Of a stretch of DNA of 12,310 bases, positions 1 through 5,763 are shown one piece after another (within the stretch, counting starts at the first letter, position 1; each line of letters starts with the position of its first letter). The stretch covers positions 1 to 12,310 of the forward strand of contig JABIGM010000015.1 of the NCBI GenBank assembly GCA_018650165.1, written 5' to 3'. The stretch is from Methanobacteriota archaeon (lineage in GTDB: Archaea > Thermoplasmatota > Poseidoniia > Poseidoniales > Poseidoniaceae). Below the pieces are notes generated by a model. It made no database searches. It was not told the DNA's origin and worked only from the letters and a program-made list of their open reading frames with translations. The position numbers were made by a program, and so were the translations under genes.

Positions 1-2
1 AT

Positions 3-569
3 GCAGATGAAGGAAGAGAGGGTACAGACCCCCTCGACCCTAACGACACCCCTGTAGACAGTTTTGAGATTGTTATTCCGGGAACTGAGATTGGACTTGG
101 AGCATGGGACTTAATCGGAATGTTTGGTGGAATTCCGGTATTCTCTTGGATTCTATTTGGATTCGTAACACGTAACAAACGCTGTTCTCGCTATGAAGAT
201 TTGTTAGAAGAAGCACAATCTAGAGATGAATTAGAACAAGTCGCTCTAAAGTGGGAATACAGTCTGATGCTGCGTCTGCTTGGACCGCACCAAGGTATTC
301 GCTTGGAGCGAATACGTTCTGAATTAGATGACAAATTCGAGAATGCTGAGAATCTAATGGCTGTAGAAGAGTTTGAGCCGATGACCGAAGTCGATCAAAC
401 TCCAATTGTTGAAGCGCAAGAGAAAGATATCCCTGAGATTGGCTCAAGCCCCTCAATTAGGGCTGAAGCTGACCAAATCGATGAGAATGGTTACTCATGG
501 CTAATGCATGAAGGCAAGCAATGGTATCGAACCAATAGCGAATCACATTGGTTTGAATTTGAAGGCTAG
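3..569 (+). CDS. 5'-truncated single-pass membrane protein: end of a Ca-binding DxDxDG/GTDP-type repeat, TM helix, uncharacterised helical cytoplasmic domain, C-terminal Trp/Tyr-rich module
   Basis: The frame is open from the window edge (ADEGREGTDPLDPNDTPVDSFEIVIPGTEIGLGAWDLIG, then the listed ORF), so ATG 120 is internal. GTDPLDPND resembles the GTDPF/TDPL repeat ends in the neighbouring protease. Hydrophobic stretch AWDLIGMFGGIPVFSWILFGFV is followed by basic RNKR. Stop TAG 567-569. Confidence 0.8.
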   Translation, partial: ADEGREGTDPLDPNDTPVDSFEIVIPGTEIGLGAWDLIGMFGGIPVFSWILFGFVTRNKRCSRYEDLLEEAQSRDELEQVALKWEYSLMLRLLGPHQGIRLERIRSELDDKFENAENLMAVEEFEPMTEVDQTPIVEAQEKDIPEIGSSPSIRAEADQIDENGYSWLMHEGKQWYRTNSESHWFEFEG

Positions 570-3500
570 AATGAACCAGGCGGCGGTGGTAGCATCGGAG
601 CTGAAGGAACTGCATCATACTGATTGCTGAATGGCTGGTATCTGGGGTCTACGAAAGCAGATTTCTGTTGCTTTGGCGGTCTCTTTCCTACCAGAAGAGC
701 GACTAGTAAGATTACAATGATTACACCTAATCCGATATACACCATTTGTGTTGAAGATATGTCGAAAGTCGAAGTGGTTTCTGAAGTTTCATCTTCATCT
801 ACCGGCACGGGCGGATGCCATACTTCGTAGGAAACATACCAGGTGACATAGACGTCTTGCTGTCCATCGGAAATTATTGCATTAACAATCCATGGCCCAA
901 TAACCCCAGTATGGTTGCACAGAACTATTCCCAGTTCAGCAGTTTGATTATCACAATTCCAAGCAGGCTCACTAAATGATGTACCATTAGCGATTACTGA
1001 ACCATTCCTAAACCAACTAATCGAAACATTGAGGTCACCCATAGAAAATTCAGGTATGTTTATCGAAACCGAAAGGTCAAGTGAGTCAAATGTCGCATTT
1101 AGAATGACTTCATTTCCTGCAGGACTTATAGAAATGAAGTCCAATCGATTGATCCCTTCGTCAATATCATCATCGCAGTCATCATCGATGGCATTCCAAA
1201 TTTCATCAGCATTGGGGTGAATCAATGGGTTTGAATCATCACATTCCTCAAACCATCTGAATCCATCCATATCATTGTCTAAATCCTGAACTAGTGGGTC
1301 AGTAAATGTTTGAAGAACTTCAGTACCATCTTCTAGTCCATCCCCATCTGAATCTTTATCCATCGGATTTGTGGACAGATTGTTGTACTCAGTGCCATCA
1401 CTAAGGCCATCTGCATCAGAATCAGCATCGAAAGGATTTGTTGTAAGATTATTGTACTCAAATAAATCTAACAACCCATCAGAATCAGAATCCAGTCCGA
1501 TGAAATCTTCATCGATACCGTCACGACAATTATTGTCAATCCCATCTAGGGATTCCTCAGCATCTGGATTGATTGAAGGGTCTGTATCATTACAATCTTC
1601 AAACCAATACCACCCATCGGTATCTGAATCATTATCTTTGACCAATGGGTCTGTAAAGTAAACTAGAATTTCATCTCCATCGCTTAGCAGGTCTCCATCC
1701 GTGTCATAATTTGACCAATTGGTTCCATAGCCATGATATTCTGAATAATCAGACAGGTTGTCCCCATCAGCATCGGTTAAATTGAATCCTTCATCCCAAA
1801 GTAAATCACAATCATCATCAATTCCATTTAGGAATTCTTCTGCAAATGGATGGATTGCAGCATTTGTATCATTGCAATCCTCGAACCAATAGTAAGTGTC
1901 GCCATCTTCATCAGGGTCTGCAACAAGTGGATTTGTAAAGTAGTGTAATACTTCTAGGCCATCGATTAATCCATCATCATCTGTATCATTGTCAAGGGGG
2001 TCAGTTCCATTGACATTAACCTCGATGCCATCATTTAGTAAATCATCATCAGTATCTGCATCAGTTGCATTTGTCCCGGTTGAAAACAATTCTATGTAAT
2101 CGCTAAGGCCATCATAATCAGTATCTGCATTGAATGGGTCTGTACCGTAAACATCTGTTTCATTAGAGTCTGTAATTCCATCATCATCGCTATCTAAATC
2201 TACTTCAGTGCCATGAATTACTAATTCCCAGTCATTCCAAGTTCCTTGGTCTTGATTGCCATCATCATAGACCTCTAGGGTCCAAGTGCCAGTAGAAATT
2301 TCTCCCCAGTGCTGGACACTACTGAATAACCAATCATTGTAATCGTTATTGCTATCCCTGTTCGAAAAATAATTCACAAGCTCAGATTCAGTTCCATCTG
2401 GGGAGATAAGAGTAACATCAAGGTCGCTGCGATAGGGATGGTCCGCATCGAAAATGACTTCCACCGATTCGACTACCAACGATTCGGATACAGTGTATGT
2501 AGATGTGACTGCATTACTTGGATCATTATCTGGAATCGATTGTGAAACCGTAATTAGTCCACTGCTGAGATTTACTTCTGGGTCTAAAGTAGTCCATGTC
2601 TGTGCAAGACTTACTGCATGCCCAGCATCTACAACTCCAAATCCATACTTGTGGTTGAAATCTAAGCCGGCTCCATTCGTATTCCATCCTGAATCACTTG
2701 CGTCATTCTTCCTTGCACTTTCAACTAGAATTTGTTGAACGTCTCTCCATGTTAGATTTGAATTCGCTTCAAGCATTAATGCAACAATTCCAGAAACAAG
2801 TGGAGTGGCACTTGAAGTACCGCCAAAGTCACTGGTATAATCGCTACTTGTGTAACCGCTACTACCTTCTAAATCAGTTGTGGTAATACCTACTCCACTA
2901 CCATCTGAAGGAGAAGCGATTAGAACATTTGCTCCAGGTTCACCATAATTGGTTTGGTCACCATCATGGTCTACCGCTGTAACTGAAATCGTGAAACGAC
3001 TATTTGCATACGCATCCAGATTAGAATCATCATTGTTTGACAATCCATTACCTGCCGCCCATGTAATCACATTGCCAAGGCCATTTCTGCCATTGTATGC
3101 ATCATCTTCGAATGCGGCTAAAATCAACGGTCCCGCTGAACCCAGAATGTTCCCACTATCTGAAGGACCCCAACTATTGCTGTAAATATCAATGTCATTA
3201 TTGAGATGTGAAAGAGCATTTGCCTCATCGCTATCGGAATTGCCACAAGCAATTAGCATCAGACCCGCAAGTGATGCATCTGGTGCAGACCCGCTTACAC
3301 CCAGACCATTGTTCCCATTAGCTGCAGCAACTCCTGCTGCCGCAGTACCATGTGCATCCCAACTGCTAGGAGTTGGGTCACCGTCATAATTGCAATAATC
3401 ATAATCAAGAGTTGATTCATAATTAGCAGACAAATCTGCGTGATCCCATTCTAATCCATCATCTACGATGCCAATTACAATTCCATTACCTCGCACATTA

Positions 3501-4027
3501 TTCCACGCACCAGTGATATTGACATCCTCGCCAGCCACTCCGTTGTCTTGCCCTGTATTCTCAAGATGCCATTGGTCGGAGAAGTATGTGTCATTAGGAG
3601 TCCATTTTGGAGTCATTTGACGTACGATAAGAGGATAGGCGACTTCGATTTGTCCACTCTCTTGTAAATGCGTGAAGTGTTCTACTGCGCTAGTCGAATC
3701 TATTTTCACATACCACGTATTGGCGAGAAGACCAGTTGGCTCGCCCATAGGACTGGCACTTACCACAACCCATTCTTTTGTGGTTTCCAACTCTTCCGCA
3801 GTATATTGTGAGAGGTCACTTACTCGGGAGAATGCGGCTCTAATTGCAGGTGAAAATGAATAGGTAAGTGGTGCGTCTTCAAGAGAATCATTCAGAGGTG
3901 CGCCTTCATTAACCGGTGCGGTGTTTTGAACTGCACTAGCAATAGGCGCCATGCTGCTCAATAGCAGCACCATTGCCAAGAGCACACCTCGCATAGCCCA
4001 ATTAGAAGAACTCGGTATAAGATTCAT
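566..4027 (-). CDS. Membrane-anchored kexin/furin-like subtilase (peptidase S8, proprotein-convertase type) with P domain, TSP3-like and MopE-like repeats, Ig-like domain and C-terminal TM anchor
   Basis: Signal peptide (MRGVLLAMVLLLSSMAPIASA) and propeptide. Catalytic motifs IVDDG (Asp 3461-3463), HGTAAAG (His 3350-3352), AAGNG (oxyanion Asn 3047-3049), GGTSSATP (Ser 2813-2815), plus kexin signature YSNSWGP. P domain HPYRSDLDVTLISPDGT...WGEISTGTWTLEV (~2207-2580). TM MVYIGLGVIIVILLVALLV (~699-755). GAGGT lies 9 nt before ATG 4027; the Met 11 codons later is an alternative start. Confidence 0.95.
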   Translation of the reverse strand: MNLIPSSSNWAMRGVLLAMVLLLSSMAPIASAVQNTAPVNEGAPLNDSLEDAPLTYSFSPAIRAAFSRVSDLSQYTAEELETTKEWVVVSASPMGEPTGLLANTWYVKIDSTSAVEHFTHLQESGQIEVAYPLIVRQMTPKWTPNDTYFSDQWHLENTGQDNGVAGEDVNITGAWNNVRGNGIVIGIVDDGLEWDHADLSANYESTLDYDYCNYDGDPTPSSWDAHGTAAAGVAAANGNNGLGVSGSAPDASLAGLMLIACGNSDSDEANALSHLNNDIDIYSNSWGPSDSGNILGSAGPLILAAFEDDAYNGRNGLGNVITWAAGNGLSNNDDSNLDAYANSRFTISVTAVDHDGDQTNYGEPGANVLIASPSDGSGVGITTTDLEGSSGYTSSDYTSDFGGTSSATPLVSGIVALMLEANSNLTWRDVQQILVESARKNDASDSGWNTNGAGLDFNHKYGFGVVDAGHAVSLAQTWTTLDPEVNLSSGLITVSQSIPDNDPSNAVTSTYTVSESLVVESVEVIFDADHPYRSDLDVTLISPDGTESELVNYFSNRDSNNDYNDWLFSSVQHWGEISTGTWTLEVYDDGNQDQGTWNDWELVIHGTEVDLDSDDDGITDSNETDVYGTDPFNADTDYDGLSDYIELFSTGTNATDADTDDDLLNDGIEVNVNGTDPLDNDTDDDGLIDGLEVLHYFTNPLVADPDEDGDTYYWFEDCNDTNAAIHPFAEEFLNGIDDDCDLLWDEGFNLTDADGDNLSDYSEYHGYGTNWSNYDTDGDLLSDGDEILVYFTDPLVKDNDSDTDGWYWFEDCNDTDPSINPDAEESLDGIDNNCRDGIDEDFIGLDSDSDGLLDLFEYNNLTTNPFDADSDADGLSDGTEYNNLSTNPMDKDSDGDGLEDGTEVLQTFTDPLVQDLDNDMDGFRWFEECDDSNPLIHPNADEIWNAIDDDCDDDIDEGINRLDFISISPAGNEVILNATFDSLDLSVSINIPEFSMGDLNVSISWFRNGSVIANGTSFSEPAWNCDNQTAELGIVLCNHTGVIGPWIVNAIISDGQQDVYVTWYVSYEVWHPPVPVDEDETSETTSTFDISSTQMVYIGLGVIIVILLVALLVGKRPPKQQKSAFVDPRYQPFSNQYDAVPSAPMLPPPPGSF
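1150..2200 (-). repeat. Protein-level repeat stalk: DxDxDGLxDxxE...TDP Ca-binding repeats interleaved with three MopE-like Cys motifs
   Basis: About nine DxDxDGLxDxxE-x(4-6)-T[DN]P units. Three copies of DxDxDGxxWFE[DE]CxDxxxxI[HN]PxA[ED]Exx[ND]xIDx[DN]C at ~1785-1915, ~1503-1630 and ~1155-1280. Confidence 0.85.
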
Positions 4028-4036
4028 ATCTTTGTG

Positions 4037-4041
4037 ACCTC
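4037..4041 (-). promoter_or_regulatory. Shine-Dalgarno GAGGT for the S8 protease
   Basis: Minus strand reads GACGAGGTCACAAAGAT-ATG, a 9-nt spacer. Confidence 0.5.
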
Positions 4042-4146
4042 GTCCGGATTTACTTTCTAGAAGTATATCAAACCCTGTCTATCGGGTCAGTTTATACAGA
4101 ATCTAATCTTCTATAACTTGGGCTACAGTGAATGATTTGTTAACTT

Positions 4147-4151
4147 AAAAA
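4147..4151 (-). terminator. Possible oligo(U) terminator after the helicase gene
   Basis: TTTTT on the minus strand about 25 nt after the helicase stop. It could equally be part of a TATA-like element (CTTTTTAAG) for the protease. Confidence 0.25.
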
Positions 4152-4174
4152 GTGAGTAATTTGGCACACTACAA

Positions 4175-5707
4175 TCAATTTCGGTGATTGTTGCGCGACT
4201 TACTCTTGTTGTCGCCGCCACGGCCTCTGCTTCGACCTGGACCTTTAGGCGGACGGTTGTTACGATCAAATCTTGGTTTACCGCCTGAACTTCCACTTTG
4301 TCCACCGCCTCCTGAGCGACCCCGGTTTCCACCTCGTGAACCATCACGCGAATCTCCGCCTGAGCGACCTCGGCCGCCACCGCCGCCACGACGACCGCCT
4401 CGGGAGTCACCGCCGCCACCTGAGCCACGGCGTCCTCCGCGAGAATCTCCACCTCTACCTCCGTAGCTTCGGTTCCCACGGTTACGGTCTCCACCACCAC
4501 TTGACCTGCCTTGCCTATCTCTTCGGTCACTTGAGTTGTTACCTCTACTTCGGTAAGCAGGTATGTGAGATACATCTTCATGCTGAATCAAATCATTGAA
4601 TTCTGGTGTTTCGAATTTTACTCGTAGGCCAACTTCTTTCTGAATACGTGACCACTTACCCTTCTGTGGGTTTTGAACTAAACTGATAACGTTTCCAGAA
4701 CCACCAGCACGAGCGGTTCTTCCTGAACGGTGCTTGAATGCTTTACCATTCTCAGGTGGGTCAAAGTGAATCACACAGTATACGCCTTTGATATCGAGGC
4801 CGCGTGCTGCAACATCTGTTGCAACAATCGCATGAGTTTTTCCTTGGCCAAAGTCATCTACTGCTTGTGCACGCTTTTTCTGTGGCATTCCACCGTGAAT
4901 ACTAGTGACACGAAGTCCTTCGTTCTCCATTTCCTCGGCAACACGGTCAACACCTGCCCGAGTTCGACAGAAAATAAATCCACGACCAGATTTACGAATT
5001 GCTTCTGCACTAACTCTGCTCTTCATTGAATTAGGCATTAGCCAGAAGTGGTGATTCATTTCAGTAACTGAAATTTCTTCAGGACCGATTTCAATAATCT
5101 GTGGATCTGTTTGATACCGATTTCTAATTTCAGCAACTTCATCATCAAGTGTTGCACTAAACATAACGGTTTGACGGTTTGGAGAACATTCTTCCAAAAT
5201 TTCACAGACTGGTTCAGTGAATCCCATGTCTGCCATTCGGTCTGCTTCATCAAGAATAACAATCTCAACTTCATCCAAAAATACATTTTGACGTTCGATG
5301 AGACCGAGTAAACGCCCAGGGCATGCCACAACAACGTCTACGCCTTTATCGAGACGACGAATTTGCTTGGTGTATGAGACTCCACCATAAATCGACATTA
5401 CTCTGAGATTTAATCCCCAAGCAATTGGGTCAAGCACACTGTGAATCTGCTCTGCAAGTTCACGTGTAGGAGTTAGAATCAGTGCTTTTGGGAGGCTAGG
5501 CTCTCCACGGCCGACACGCTCTAGCATTGGTATTCCAAAAGCCAGAGTTTTTCCACTTCCTGTTGGAGCACGGCAGCAAACGTCTTTTCCTAATATCATA
5601 TCAGGAATGGTTTCTCGCTGAACCTCAAATGGTTCATCGAAGCCAGCCCTTTTGAGCTCATGGCTCATCTGTGGGCTAACACCAAGATCCGCAAATGTGA
5701 CATCCAT
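4175..5707 (-). CDS. DEAD-box ATP-dependent RNA helicase with long Arg/Gly-rich (RGG) C-terminal tail, 510 aa
   Basis: Q motif GFDEPFEVQ, I APTGSGKT, Ia PTRELAEQ, Ib CPGRL, II DEAD, III SAT, V TDVAARGLD, VI HRSGRTARAG. Start reassigned to ATG 5707 (MDVTFADLG) because GAGGT lies 7 nt upstream and the listed start at 5773 overlaps the previous gene. Confidence 0.96.
   Translation of the reverse strand: MDVTFADLGVSPQMSHELKRAGFDEPFEVQRETIPDMILGKDVCCRAPTGSGKTLAFGIPMLERVGRGEPSLPKALILTPTRELAEQIHSVLDPIAWGLNLRVMSIYGGVSYTKQIRRLDKGVDVVVACPGRLLGLIERQNVFLDEVEIVILDEADRMADMGFTEPVCEILEECSPNRQTVMFSATLDDEVAEIRNRYQTDPQIIEIGPEEISVTEMNHHFWLMPNSMKSRVSAEAIRKSGRGFIFCRTRAGVDRVAEEMENEGLRVTSIHGGMPQKKRAQAVDDFGQGKTHAIVATDVAARGLDIKGVYCVIHFDPPENGKAFKHRSGRTARAGGSGNVISLVQNPQKGKWSRIQKEVGLRVKFETPEFNDLIQHEDVSHIPAYRSRGNNSSDRRDRQGRSSGGGDRNRGNRSYGGRGGDSRGGRRGSGGGGDSRGGRRGGGGGRGRSGGDSRDGSRGGNRGRSGGGGQSGSSGGKPRFDRNNRPPKGPGRSRGRGGDNKSKSRNNHRN
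4178..4555 (-). repeat. Low-complexity RGG/GGDSRGG repeat region in the helicase tail
   Basis: GGDSRGGRRG x2, GGDSRDG, GRSGG x2. By hand count 87 of 120 bases in 4321-4440 are G/C, well above the rest of the window. Confidence 0.85.
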
Positions 5708-5714
5708 GGTAATT

Positions 5715-5719
5715 ACCTC
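5715..5719 (-). promoter_or_regulatory. Shine-Dalgarno GAGGT for the helicase
   Basis: Minus strand TTAGAGGTAATTACC-ATG. A TATA-like CTAAATAG lies about 40 nt upstream of the ATG. Confidence 0.65.
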
Positions 5720-5763
5720 TAACCGAGGCCGCCTGCCAGCCCTATTTAGAGTCGATAGGTCAA

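Noticed and set aside
624-3863. Numerous short + strand ORFs opposite the protease
   Set aside because: Ser/Ile-rich antisense shadows of an Asp-rich gene with no family motifs.
4051-4087. Short inverted repeats upstream of the protease (TACTT-N5-AAGTA, ACCC-N8-GGGT)
   Set aside because: Arms of 4-5 bp are expected by chance.
4300-4500. Possible RNA G-quadruplex in the GG-rich helicase mRNA tail
   Set aside because: Mostly GG doublets explained by Gly/Arg codons; no four G3 tracts.
4123-4599. Three alternative-frame ORFs (4123..4581 -, 4188..4466 +, 4273..4599 +), including a Pro/Arg-rich one
   Set aside because: Shadows of the GC-rich RGG repeat, which lacks stop codons in several frames; no RBS or recognisable motifs.
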